Source: Eledone cirrhosa
Taxonomy: Eukaryota
Reading direction: 5' to 3'
Length of the DNA: 64,000 bases
NCBI GenBank assembly: GCA_964016885.1
Contig: OZ024748.1
Location: 43,028,001-43,092,000 of the forward strand
Shown: positions 1-12,279 of the stretch, piece after piece
Layout of the letters: the number at the start of each line of letters is the position of its first letter
Numbering within the stretch: the first letter of the stretch is position 1
The notes under the pieces: generated by a model
Told to the model about the DNA's origin: nothing
Database searches by the model: none
The model's input: only the letters and a program-made list of their open reading frames with translations
Translations under genes and position numbers: made by a program

Positions 1-279
1 GACATTTTTTGATTTCGTTTTTAACATAAAGAAGTTTTTATTCAGCATTTTTTCTTATTTTTCTTATTTTTCATATCTTCTCATTCATCTTCACACATTT
101 TATTTGTTTGCTAGCTTTTCTTTCTGCCCTAGATTTAAAAAAAAACAACACAAACAAAAACTATAATAAATGACTGAAAATCCCGAAATATATGTCAGTT
201 AAAGGAAAGAAAGGACATTTAAGGCTTTCTTTCTCGCCGTTAGTAATATTCAGTTTCTTTTTTCATGCCCCTCATCCAG

Positions 280-315
280 CAACACACCATAGACATATTG
301 GTAGCAGTGGTGTTT
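280..315 (+). CDS. CLASP: Candidate short CLASP exon (36 nt)
   Basis: tttcatgcccctcatccag|...|gtaagt; open in phase 1: xTHHRHIGSSGV; no homology support. Confidence 0.5.
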
Positions 316-416
316 GTAAGTATTTTTAGGTACTTTGTCATATCTGGCAAAACCTCTTGCTTTCTGCTGCTTCATTTGTCTTCTTCATAACCACACATTC
401 TCATCTCTCATCTCTT

Positions 417-449
<33 letters not shown>

Positions 450-477
450 ATATATATATATAGTTTTAATATAGATG

Positions 478-528
478 AGATTCTACAGGATTAGAACTGT
501 TTCATTCTTTTGAAATCATCAGGAATCT
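478..528 (-). ncRNA. Antisense copy of the same hammerhead motif (left arm of palindrome)
   Basis: Reverse complement reads agattc-CTGATGA-tttcaaaagaat-GAAA-cagttctaatcctg-TA-gaatct. Confidence 0.7.
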
Positions 529-556
529 GGGTATAAAGATTTATTTTTTGATACCC

Positions 557-607
557 AGATTCCTGATGATTTCTAAAGAATGAAACAGTTCTAGTCCTGT
601 AGAATCT
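557..607 (+). ncRNA. Type I minimal hammerhead ribozyme motif (Penelope/retrozyme-like)
   Basis: agattc-CTGATGA-t(ttc taaa gaa)t-GAAA-cag ttctagtc ctg-TA-gaatct; stems I, II and III pair; predicted cleavage after GUA (601). Confidence 0.75.
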
Positions 608-815
608 CATCTATATTAAAACTTTTATACTCTATGTATTGAGTACCTTACTTACTGTGGTTACCTCCAATTCAACCCGGAATAACATATATATATATAT
701 ATATATATAGCATATTCTAATATCATTAGTTTTCGGAAAATTAATACTTTAATATTCCTCCTAGATTTTTTATTATTCGGTTCTCGTTTTTATCACTCTA
801 TATCCAATTTATATT

Positions 816-852
<37 letters not shown>

Positions 853-1183
853 TTATATATATATGTATATGTACATACAAATATATCATCTCACTCATAT
901 ATTATTCATTTCTTTATTTTACCTTAATTTCCTCCAATAACTTTAAAGTAGCCAGTAATTAGGTGACAATATTTCAACAGGGCCCTGACCTCCCCCTGCC
1001 TCTTATCCACAAACACAGGGCCGGATTTAATGGAGTGCAATTGCCCTGTACCCCACCAGCGATGGCCATAGCAATTTATTTGTGCCCTCAGTTGAGTTTT
1101 TAGTTTTAGGATGGTTAGAATTTTTTTATTTAATACCTGTATGTATAACTTTTCAATTCTAATGACTGAAACAAGTTGAATAA

Positions 1184-1539
1184 TAATAATTGTTTCTACT
1201 TTTTGGCACAAGGCCAGCAATTATCCCAGTGTATTACTGGTACTTTATTTTATCGACCCCGTAAGGATGAAAGGCAAAGTTAACCTCGGCGGGATTTGAG
1301 CTCAGATCATAAAGAGCCGTAACTCTATGCTGCAAAGCATGGCGTCCAACCCTCTACCGATACTGCCAAAATAATAATTGTTTCTTCTTTCGGCACAAGG
1401 CCAGCAATTACCCAGTGCATTACTGGTACTTTATTTTATCGACCCCGTAAGGATGAAAGGCAAAGTTAACCTCGACGAGATTTGAACTCAGAATGGCAAG
1501 GGGCGTAACTCTATACTTCAAAGCATGGTGTCCGACTCT
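1184..1539 (-). mobile_element. Two tandem copies of a second tRNA-derived SINE family
   Basis: Antisense of tctgagttcaaatcccgccgaggtcaactttgcctttcatccttacggggtcgataaaataaagtaccagt. Confidence 0.75.
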
Positions 1540-1544
1540 AATAA

Positions 1545-1995
1545 TATACAAACACACACCAGAAAAAGTGTCAGAGAATGACAAAGCAACCATTCTCTGG
1601 GATATGCCAATATATACAGACAGAGATCAAAGCCAACTGACCAGATATAGTCAAAGACCATATCTTCCAAGGAAATCGAGAAACTATCCAAATATAAAGA
1701 TCTTGAGATAGAAATAACTCGAATGTGGAAAATGAAACCAAAAACAATACCTATAATAAAAGGTGTTCTAGGAATAATAAAAAAAAGCCAGACGAATACA
1801 TAACCAAAACCTCAGGAATTACAAATATATACAGTATACAAAAGATAGCAATAGGTACTGCACACATATTACAAAAAATACTATCAATACAATAGAAACA
1901 ACATCAGCACAAACTACACTGCACAGAGCTGTGCTCGGTAAAGCAGTAATGATGTGCAATAAAAATAATAATGGAAATAACAATAATAATAATAA
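1545..1995 (+). mobile_element. 3' end of an RLE-type non-LTR retrotransposon (R4/Dong-like), decayed
   Basis: HTPEKVSENDKATILWDMPIYTDR... followed by frameshifted PDIV and later IPIIKGVLG; (TAA)-rich tail. Confidence 0.65.
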
Positions 1996-2250
1996 AATAA
2001 AAAGAGAATTTGTATAATCAAAATACTCTAACGAGTTGCTGGCTACTTAAAACATCATTAACATTTCATTTCCATTAAACTAATTAAACTAATTACATTT
2101 TAAAACTTTTCATAAATTTCATCTTTTCTTATTTTTATTATTTATTTCAAGAATTATATTAGAATTATTGGTCAAAATACTTTACTATTATATATTTATA
2201 TTTTAGCTAACCTCATTATCACCTATATTCCTCTACTGACATTCTATATA

Positions 2251-2288
<38 letters not shown>

Positions 2289-2294
<6 letters not shown>

Positions 2295-2339
2295 CTGATG
2301 ATTTCTAAAGAATGAAACAGTTCTAGTCCTGTAGAATAT
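2289..2339 (+). ncRNA. Solo copy of the same hammerhead motif
   Basis: atattc-CTGATGA-tttctaaagaat-GAAA-cagttctagtcctg-TA-gaatat; the element continues to ~2425 between (TA)n tracts. Confidence 0.7.
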
Positions 2340-2879
2340 CATCTATATTAAAACTTTTATACTCGTCAATGTATTGAGTACCTTACTTACTGTGGTTACC
2401 TCTGACTCAACCCGGAATAACGTACCTATATATATATATATATATATGTATCTATATGTATATATATATAGCTATAATCATACTAATTATTCATTTTGGT
2501 GGTTTATCCTAAAATTTTCAAATTAGATTTCTTTCCTACTCTCTGCTCTCACTCTCTGTCTCTCTATATATACACTCTATATAGTGTATATCTGTGTATA
2601 TATATATTTGGTAGCTGTGTATTTGACAACAATTGTGTTTCTATAGCTTAATTTATGTTGTAATATTTTATTTAAAATCTTTATTTTCTCTCCACCCCCA
2701 TGTTGTTATGTTGTCAAACTATATTCAGTATTCCTGGTTTAGTTATATTGTATAGCCTGTTGTTGTTGTTATTGTTGTTAATATTTTTGCTTTTCTTTTT
2801 GATCTTATTTTAATATACTATGCTGTATTATTATATATACATAAAAATGGGTGGTTTTAATATATGACACTGTATTATA

Positions 2880-2926
<47 letters not shown>

Positions 2927-3140
2927 GTAAAAGGTAAACAGAAATAAAACAAACGTCACAGTACATGGAAGAAATATATTAGTTTATCGCTTGAAGTAGC
3001 AGGAAGAGAGTCTTAACGTTTCAGTTACACTAGTCCTTTAACAGAAGATAGTTAGAAATAGAAGATAAATAGAAAATAAAGAGTGATGAGAGGAAGGAAC
3101 GGGGGAAAAGGGGGGAAAAAAATACCCCACATTTGCATGT

Positions 3141-3185
<45 letters not shown>

Positions 3186-3513
3186 TGATTTGATCAGAGA
3201 CACACACTGTGTTTAAGGTTGAGTGACGCAATTTTGAGTGATTAGCGGCCTTTAGACTCACCTGATCAATGAAACAATTGTTAATACTGTAAATAAAACC
3301 CTTTTTCTACAGCCGACCATATTATTCTTCACTCTTTCACTACTATTACTCCAAGAATAACCTGCATGGGAATTGTCGCAAACTCGCCACCTAACTAAGG
3401 AAACCTCTTGAGTCAAACAACGCCGTATGTTAAAACTATCCATAGTACAGAGTACTCACAACCTCTAACTGGATTACCTAAAACAATAACTTGTAACCCA
3501 CACATATATATAT

Positions 3514-3896
3514 GGAGGCACATGGCTTAGTGGTTAGAGCATTGGCCTTGCAATCGAAAAGTTGTGAGTTCAATTCTCAGACTGGGTGATGTGTTGTTTC
3601 CTTGAGCAAGACACTTTATTTCACATTGCTCCAGTTTACTCAGCTGTAGAAATGAGATGATAGGACTGGGGTCCCTATCATTCCACTGCAAAGTGGTCGT
3701 GGAGGTGCCACGGCAAAAAAAAGCACCCAGCCCACACTGGACGTGGAGGTGCCACAGGGGGAAAAAAAAGCACCCAGCACTCACTGTAAATGAGGTTGGT
3801 GTTAGGAAGGGCATCCAGCTGTAGAAATCAAGCCAGAATCGTTCCCGTCCTACCTTTGCAAGCAGGGAAAAGCGGACGTATGATGATGATGATGAT
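3514..3896 (+). mobile_element. tRNA-derived CORE-type SINE
   Basis: A box TGGCTTAGTGG, B box GAGTTCAATTC, CORE-like CCTTGAGCAAGACACTT..CTCAGCTGTAGAAATG, (GAT)n tail. Confidence 0.85.
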
Positions 3897-4392
3897 ATAT
3901 ATATATATACAAATGGAAGTACAGCATAATCGAAGCTCTGGCTGCAGCTAAGCTAACGAATGCAATCGGAATGTACAGCTAAGTACTCAATAAGGTATTT
4001 TACCTTAGAGTTATAACATTACGTTTAGACAGCTTTGCAAATTGAAGATAGCGACCGGTAAGCCAGCCGCAGTGACCAAAGCAACGAGAAAACTGTCTCA
4101 GGAAAATATGACAAACCTGGGCCATCGCGTCGATATATATATATATATATTCTATGCTAAGGCAGAGTGCATATATTGAAAACAAAGGTTTCGCATTAAG
4201 GTCTTTATTGATTATACGTAGTTATTACAACCGTTTCACAGGATCGTAGTTATTACAACGTGGCTCAGGATCTATGTAAAGGCTATAGACCTGACTCCAA
4301 CCCGATATGGGATCTTCTGAAACTGAGAAAAATTAATCTGTAAACGCAGAAGTAAATATTTCAAAAAATGTTATGACCAAACATGACAACAT

Positions 4393-4423
<31 letters not shown>

Positions 4424-6204
4424 AAGACAATAGTAAAATATTATTGCTATCAGCACCAAAATGGATCAACATCAATATGGTCTCCCTTTATGTCACACTG
4501 AATCAAAACTAATTATTGAAATTTTATTCAATAAAAACTGCTGAGCTGGTAATCTACTGTATTGAATACTTAGTGTTGTAGTATAGGTCACTATATCTTA
4601 TAAGAACAGCCAGGATACCACGTGATATACAAACATCTGGATGTGGCCTGGCCCCTTAGAGTGTAAGCAGTTAAGGGCTGAAACACTTACTTGAGGCAGG
4701 GTTTCTTCTCTGAAGACCTTCTGCTGTCCAGCTCTCTTGAGAGTTTCTTCTCTGAAGACCTTCTGCTGTCCAGTCCTCTTGAGAGTTTCTTACCACCACT
4801 AAGCTGTCAAGGATGATAATATATAAATCAATAATAGCTGATAGATTATAAATCAATAATAGCTGTTAGATTTGTTGTATTTTGCTTCTTTTTTTTTAAG
4901 TTTGTTTTTGTTTAATTTCTTTTTTATTTCTTTATTGTTATTCCACAGTTTATTATCCATAAAATTTTCTTCTGCCATCTAAACTTTGCCAATATTTGAA
5001 ACTTTCTACATATTTCCATTCCATATTCCTGCTTCATGGATATGAAATGTCCAGTTTTAGTTAGCTGGAAAGAGCATAAGAGTTTCTCACACCATCTGAG
5101 AAAACTGATTTATGTCTGTGCAATTGTATTCTTATATTTTGTTACTGGTTCCAGCTGGTGGACTATGTAACTTTAAAAATATCTTCTATAGATACAAGAT
5201 GTCCTATTTAAAGACTATGCTGTACTTGTCTTTTATGTAGTGAAAAATTGATTCCATTCTTCTCTTGATTAAGTAATTAGAACAAACGAGAGATTATTTA
5301 GCTTCACAGATATATAACCAGCAAGAATTTTTTTGAAATATCTGATTTTGAAATCACTACTATTTTGTGCTCTTGTGATGCTGAGTTTTCCAGGAAGTTT
5401 GAAACAAAATAATTGTCAAAAAATAATGTGCATGTCTGCATTTGTGGAATGTATGTATTTCCCAATATAATCAATGATTATTGGAGAAGATAGAAAGAAA
5501 AGGATTGGCACCAGGAAGAATGTCTAGTCATAGAATCCTGCCTGAAAAATATCCTGTCCATCCCATGTTGCTGATATGATGATTTAAACCTTTGGAACCT
5601 GCTCCACATTCAAGTGCACATAAATATATACATAAATACATGTCCATATGTTCTGCCCAACACTTGCTAGCAGGGAATATGGATGTTAAAACAATGATAT
5701 GTGAATATGCATGGTTTTAACTACTTGCAATTATTTTGTTTCAAATATGTTGCTAGTATATTGTTTTATAACAAAACAAATAAAACTGATATCTTATATA
5801 TTTAAATAAGACCAACAATTACCCAAACCTGAATGTAATGATATCCTGTCCCTACAAGAGGACTATCACTGGGAATCTGTCCACAGTGTCAAGATATGAT
5901 ATATATTACATATATGAAATACTATAACCAAACACTGACACCTGCTGAATCATGACACCTGCTGAATCAAACTGTACACACCCTCCAAATTTTGTAAATA
6001 AACACGAACCATCCCCCTTCCCAAACTTGACATATGTAACCAGACCTCCAATAGGGAAAACAGACACTATCAAAACTACCTGAAACCAGCCATCATCCCA
6101 AACTCGACATATCTAACTGGACCCTATGTATTTTCTAATGTTCTTCTTCTTTTCGTATCTTCGAAGCATGTGGTTATATGACAGTTTCCCATTTCTTTAC
6201 ACAG

Positions 6205-6505
6205 CCCTTTGCGTTATTATTAAATTCTGCGAGATCTTTTAAGCTGCACTGGTTGGGTAGTAGAGGGCAAACAAGGCGGTGTTGTATTGTATGGTCCTCC
6301 TCTCCGCATTCGCAGATGGTTGGGCCGGTCTTGTAGCCCCATCTGGCCATACCAGATTTTGATCGCCCGAATTCCTGTTCTCAGGCGGTTGAGTGTCTTC
6401 CACTGGACCCATGGTGCTTCTGAGCCAGGAGGGAGAGCTTCAGAAGGAGGGATTCTCATGTCAATAGGAGGGGAGTTATTCTCTAATGTTTATAGTTGGT
6501 TATAA
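6205..6505 (-). mobile_element. 3' end of a non-LTR retrotransposon (Vingi/Ingi-like)
   Basis: LPPGSEAPWVQWKTLNRLRTG followed by a frameshifted CECG..H..C knuckle. Confidence 0.6.
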
Positions 6506-6681
6506 TCTGTCTGTTGGCAAAGTTTAAATGAAATGGTCTGAAGAAGTTTTATATTGCAAATAGTTATTGTTTTTTTCTGTTTTTATTTTTGTAAAATTTT
6601 TATTTATTTTTTACTCCTGCATGACTTGCTTTTTATATATATTTTTTTACAATAATTTGCCATTTGTGCTCCTTCTGCCAG

Positions 6682-6711
6682 AAGGTGGTGGCGAAGGTGA
6701 TGATACGGAAG
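6682..6711 (+). CDS. CLASP: Candidate CLASP microexon (30 nt; 27 nt via NAGNAG)
   Basis: tttgccatttgtgctccttctgccag|aaggtggtggcgaaggtgatgatacggaag|gtaagg; phase 1-1 xGGGEGDDTE; purine-rich island in an AT-rich intron. Confidence 0.6.
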
Positions 6712-6933
6712 GTAAGGTTTTTTGGTGATATTCCTTGCCACTTGTGTCTCCCAGAACATTTGTTTTTGTGTGTAATTGTATTCCTGGCTTTCTGTTGCAT
6801 TCAATTTAGTTGTGACCCCTTTTTTACCTGATTTATGCCATTTTTTAATATTTTTTTTTTTTACCTGTTGTTGTATAGCTTGGATGTTGTTTTTGTTTTG
6901 TTTTTGCTTCTTTTTATTTTCATCCTGTTACAG

Positions 6934-7074
6934 ATGGTTCTAGAGCTAACAGCACGGGTGGGATAGTACGCTCTAGTAGTGATATAGATCTGACTGGCGC
7001 CGCCACACGGGTTTATCCTTCCTTTTCAAGGTCCACAGCACTTAGACTCACTCCAGACAATACACGTTCACTGC
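6934..7074 (+). CDS. CLASP: CLASP coding exon (S/R-rich linker, RSSSDID motif)
   Basis: ttacag|...|gtaaga; 141 nt, phase 1-1; xGSRANSTGGIVRSSSDIDLTGAATRVYPSFSRSTALRLTPDNTRSL resembles vertebrate CLASP RSRSDIDVNAAA. Confidence 0.9.
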
Positions 7075-7454
7075 GTAAGAAAGTATTATTGTATATATAT
7101 TTATAAATTAGTCAAAGCTTTCCTCTCCCTCTCAATTCTTTCTTAACTCATGTATTCAACTGAAACTAAGTCTTACAAAATTGAAATTTAAACCAATTAT
7201 AATTCCTCACTTGTCAATTTTCTTTAGCTTTAAATATGTAACCATATTTCTAAGAAGAATATATTTCATCTGTATTTTATTTAGGAAAAATACTGAATGA
7301 TAACGAGAGGTTTAGAGAAATAACTTTCAACTTAATAATTATTTCTACATTTGGTACAACTTAATAATAAAAAATAAATATTTTATTACAGAAATATATC
7401 TGTCGTATAATAATGAGATTTTAGTCCAAGATTTGAAATTAACTTTAGAAACTT

Positions 7455-8145
7455 TAACTTTTAACTTCCTATAATGATGTAGCAGAAATATTAAAAAAAC
7501 AAGTTTGTTAATTCAAATGTTTGTAGTATCTTTACTAGGTGTTAGATCCTTGAGAAAATTTGTAGTATTAGAGCAAAGACTTTACAATTTAATGTCATGC
7601 AGGCATTGTGCTGTTTTGTACTTTTCAAGAATGTCTTGCTAATGCTGTTTCATGTGGTACAGGATGTTAAGAGTTAACAATTTAGATACAGTTTTTGGTG
7701 GGTGTGTATTGAAAAGATTAAGTTTATACAATCAGTAAAATGAGGCAATAATGAGGTATGTTTCTATTTGATAAAATCGAAATAATTAAATATGTTAATC
7801 TTTTATTATCAGATTTTAGCCACCATACATTTTAATTCCTATCTTTTGGTAATTGGGGTAAAAACTAGATATTCAAAAGGGAAGAAGGTGGAAAATAAAT
7901 TGAAAATTAAATACCTTTATAAGTCTTCTTTTTCTTCTTTCTAACTCTTAACATCCTGTAATGATTTAGCAGAAAATATCTACAAATGTGTCTGTTAATT
8001 GAAATGTTTATAGTATCTTTATTAGTAAAGAGATATTTGTGAAAATTATCAGTATGTTAAAATTTTAGTGTTTAATGTGATGCAGTCATAGTACTGTTCT
8101 GTCTTGCTAATGCGGTTTGATGCTGTACAGGACGTTAGCAGTTGA
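7455..8145 (+). mobile_element. Two copies of TTAA-ended MITE family B
   Basis: TIR TAACTCTTAACATCCTGTA / TACAGGATGTTAAGAGTTA; copies ~7455-7677 and 7941-8145; also 23568-23793, 38300-38496 (-) and 42598-42866 (-). Confidence 0.7.
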
Positions 8146-8329
8146 CTAACCAGAAACACTGAATATGAGATCAACCACATATCTTGTAACATCGTAGTTT
8201 TTATCATGTTCAAGTGTATCTTGAATTTTACTGGTTTGCAAGTAGAAATATTTTAAGAAAATCACTGAAAGTCACCGATAAAATTTCTAACTTTTGTATT
8301 TAATTTTAAATTAAAATTTTTTCTTTTCT

Positions 8330-8558
8330 TTAACCCTTTAGCATTTACTTTACTCTAATATTTACTATTGTATTTTAACGGTAAACACTTTATTTCACAT
8401 AATTATCTCCCATAATATTGAATCTATGAGATTTTGATGTTATTTATTTTGAGAACAATACCATAACATGAGTATAAACAGCCAGTTATGGCTGGTTTGA
8501 ACAGAGAGCGGTGATAGAATTCTGGCCGAATTTGGCCAGTTTAGATGCTAAAGGGTTA
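8330..8558 (+). mobile_element. piggyBac-type MITE, family A
   Basis: TIRs TTAACCCTTTAGCAT / ATGCTAAAGGGTTAA; further copies at ~25317-25543, 33101-33210 (partial) and 36547-36782. Confidence 0.8.
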
Positions 8559-9087
8559 AATGTAATTATTTGGTAAATAATCTAAAATGTTAATACATAT
8601 ATTTGCTCATAAATTTCTCAAGTTATAGATAAATACATAATTTAGTTATTTTACTATAAATATTCTATTTTGTTGCAGTTTTCAGTTGGATCATTATATA
8701 CATTATAATTGTTATTTACATTTCATCATCATCATTTCTTTATCAACTGTTTTCTTTTGTTTTTTGTTATTTTTTTCTTCTATTGCTACATTTCTTTTTT
8801 CTTTTCTTTTTTCTGGATTCTATTTCTTTCCTCCTCTCACAATTTCACGCTAAATTATATATATTCCATTCGACAACCATTTCTTACAATTATTTCCTCA
8901 TATTGATTAGATTAAATAGAAATAGTTCAGGGAGGTAATTTAAGTTAATATTTTCTAAGTTTCTTTTTTGATTAGCTGTGTTGGATTCTTTGAATATTGG
9001 TTTCTTGTTTTAGTTCTGGCAGCAGTAGTTGGCAAGGGTGTCTTCATAATTGTGGTTTTATTGTTATTGTTGTCATTATTCACGATT

Positions 9088-9460
9088 TAGAGTTACGGCC
9101 CTTTACGTTCTGAGTTCAAATCCTGCTGAGGTTAGCTTTGCCTTTCATCCTTACAGGGTCAATAAATGAAGTACCAGTAATGCACTGGGTCAATTTAATC
9201 GACTTCCCCTTCCCTTCAAATTGCTGGCTTTGTGCCTAAAGTAGAAACACTTATTTTATTACTGATGAGGGTGGTGGGCTGGCAGTATCGGTAGAGTATC
9301 AGGCAATGTTTTGCAGCATAGTTATGTCCCTTTACATTGAGTTCAAATCCTGTCACGGTTAACTTTCATCCTATCATTAAAATAAAGTACCAGTAGCACA
9401 CTGGCATCAATTTAATCTTTTCCCCTTGCCCCTAAAAATGGGTGGCATTGTGTCTAAATC
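9088..9460 (+). mobile_element. Second SINE family, two diverged copies
   Basis: gagttcaaatcc..tttgcctttcatcc..aagtaccagta. Confidence 0.65.
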
Positions 9461-10115
9461 AGGACCCATTCTATGGCTGATACATTTATTTAATCAATCG
9501 AGATACTCTAAAACAGGATATAGTTATAAAGTTATCTTTCTACTATCGGAATTGAATCAGTACTGCATATTTAATTAATTTTATTTTTAATTTATCTCGA
9601 TAATTAAAAAGTTGTGTTTTCTGTTCGTTTAGGCTCCACAATAAGTTCTGAGCTAGTTTTTATAAACCAATTCTTTAAGGTATCAGAAATTAGACTTTAA
9701 GTTGGTACTATCAACAAAATTGGGCTACATTGCTAAATAAAACCAGGGCTGGGCTTAAGCATGAAAAGGTTAAACTGGAAAGTTTCTTTTCAATAATACG
9801 CTATTGCAAAACCATACTAAAGCTTAAGAGTGGCGGACCTTTACAGTTTTACAAAATCTATGAAGCTTATCTTTTCACTTATTGTTTATATATTTGCTGT
9901 GTTCTGAGAAATCTATTCATTCAAATCAGTGTCAAGTGGAAGATAAAGGTTTCTTTGGGGTATTTCAATGTCAATATTATTCATTACACAGACCATTAAT
10001 CTAATTCAATTATAGTTCTAGGTGACTGCTTGGCCAAGTCTGTCTTTAAAGTTAGAGTTCTTTGTTCATATATTTCTGATCCAGCTGGAAAATAGGTTAT
10101 TTAGATGTTAAGAAA

Positions 10116-10300
10116 TACTGTATATACTCGAATATAAGCTGAGTTATATGTGACCAAGCAATTGATGGTGGGGGTGGCTTATATTCACCATCTAAACATA
10201 ATGTTATTTAGCTGCATCAGCTTATAAATGGGGCTTGGATTTTTGCTCATTTCCCCGGCATAAAATAGTGGGGTCAGCTTATATTCGAGTATATATGGTA
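10116..10300. mobile_element. Tc/pogo-type MITE
   Basis: TIRs tactgtatatactcgaatataagctga / tcagcttatattcgagtatatatggta with TA ends; a related copy at 20685-21225 has an internal insertion. Confidence 0.7.
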
Positions 10301-10965
10301 TTTAATGTCTGTAGCATAGTATAATATGAGACATATAATATGGGACTTAGAATGTTCTAGAGACCTAGAATGCTCTGGAGAGTTGAAATTCTCTAGAGTT
10401 GCTAATGTTATATTTTGGGAACTCATTTACAGTAGGACTTGAGCTACACTTGTTCATCACTCGGCAGTAAGAGATTAATATTTTATCACTGCCCTATAAG
10501 CTGACCCTCTCCCTCATCCCAATAGATTTGGAGAGATTGTCAGGTTTAAAAAGTAGAACCCTACACCACAATTTATGGTAATTTTTGTCTTGGTTCAAGA
10601 TAGAATATTGGTACTCCCTCAGACTTTGGAAGATATTTTATCTTCAATTAGGAATAAACAGATAAATAAAGAGATTTTGATTGGGGGGGGGGGGGGGGGG
10701 TCGTCAGTTATTAGTCATTTTAGTTTTGTTAGTTAGTACACTTTGTACCCCTTACTATTACTAATGTCAATGATAGTAATATTATCTACTAGTGACACAA
10801 GAGTGGGGCAGTTTAATTCTGTTAGTATAATTTATACCTCTACTATTACTAATGTTAGTGGTAGTTATATGTCTACTAGTGTACCGTCAACTTTACTGGT
10901 ACTATTGGAAATATTAATGGATAATAGAACATTTTGAATCTTACTTAGTTATTGGGTTTTCAGCA

Positions 10966-11007
<42 letters not shown>

Positions 11008-11056
11008 ATGTATGTATGTATGTATGTATATATGTATGAATGTATATATGTATATG

Positions 11057-11088
<32 letters not shown>

Positions 11089-11109
11089 TGTATGTATGTA
11101 TGTATGTAT

Positions 11110-11713
11110 GTCAGGTCACCAGTTGGTGCTACTGGTAACATGTATCCCAGTACAACCTGTTTCATGGTCGGGTCGTTGGCGACTAAACTGGCAACCCCAC
11201 CAAGGTTTCTTGGTGAGGAGGGTGACTTTGGACATCCTGCAGGACTAAAAACAAAACCTGTCAAAGGGCAAAGGAGCTCTTAAGAGTCAATGGCCATCCA
11301 AAATCACTGGGAGAGACGACCCCTTAGCCTTTGTCAAGGCAGAATTCTAGGAGAAGGAAAACTCTGATATAACACCTGCAACCCTGATGGTATCCAATGA
11401 TGTTGACTTGTTCTACTTTTTGGTAAATATCATCTTGGTTAAGAGAGTGGGACTGGCTCTGTGCAATGCCTTTGCTCACTATAAAAGCTTCATGGCACAG
11501 GCATTGCTTTATATCTGGAGATCTCTGCACTTGTCACATGGTACCATGGGCCCAGGACTATGTGTCAATAATTGTCACAAGTGTAGTGTTTGTACCAGAG
11601 TTATCAAGTCGCTGGCTGGACTCAAAAGTCACACTCATTCAGCGCATCGGTAGGGGTTCTCCTACATGGATATAAAGTAGTGGCCGTACTCGAAAACGAG
11701 TTGGCAGCCGCCA
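11110..11713 (+). mobile_element. Non-autonomous/internally deleted RTE-type retroelement
   Basis: Structured 5' part; 3' part encodes [22 protein letters not shown] (C2H2-like LINE C-terminus); second copy at 51700-52111. Confidence 0.55.
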
Positions 11714-11989
11714 TGTATGTATGTATGTATGTATGTATGTATAGATATGTATGTATGTATGTATAGATATGTATGTATATATAGATATGTATGTATGTAT
11801 ATATAGATATATGTATGTATGTATATATAGATATATGTATGTATGTATATATAGATATATGTATGTATGTATATATAGATATATATATGTATATATATAT
11901 GTATATGTATATATATATATGTATGTATATATATATGTATATGTATGTATATGTATATATATATATATATATGTATATGTATGTATATG

Positions 11990-12020
<31 letters not shown>

Positions 12021-12143
12021 GTATATATATATGTATATGTATATATATATGTATATATATATGTATATATATATGTATATGTATATATGTATATGTATAT
12101 GTATATATGTATATGTATATATGCATATGTATATATATATATG

Positions 12144-12175
<32 letters not shown>

Positions 12176-12225
12176 TGTATATGTATATATGTATATATAT
12201 ATATATATATGTATATGTATATATG

Positions 12226-12279
<54 letters not shown>

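Larger units (their letters stand above)
462..688 (+). mobile_element. Palindromic Penelope-like terminal-repeat element in (TA)n
   Basis: ~73-bp inverted arms 462-534 / 551-623 plus a unique tail; flanked by TA repeats; carries hammerhead motifs. Confidence 0.6.

Noticed and set aside
3514-3590. tRNA-like sequence with A/B boxes (also 27072, 58773, 60160)
   Set aside because: SINE heads continuing into CORE-like body and LINE-like tail; not stand-alone tRNA genes
3527-3814. Recurrent ORF MPFLTPTSFTV...LELTTFRLQ (four copies)
   Set aside because: Antisense translation of the SINE, not a gene family
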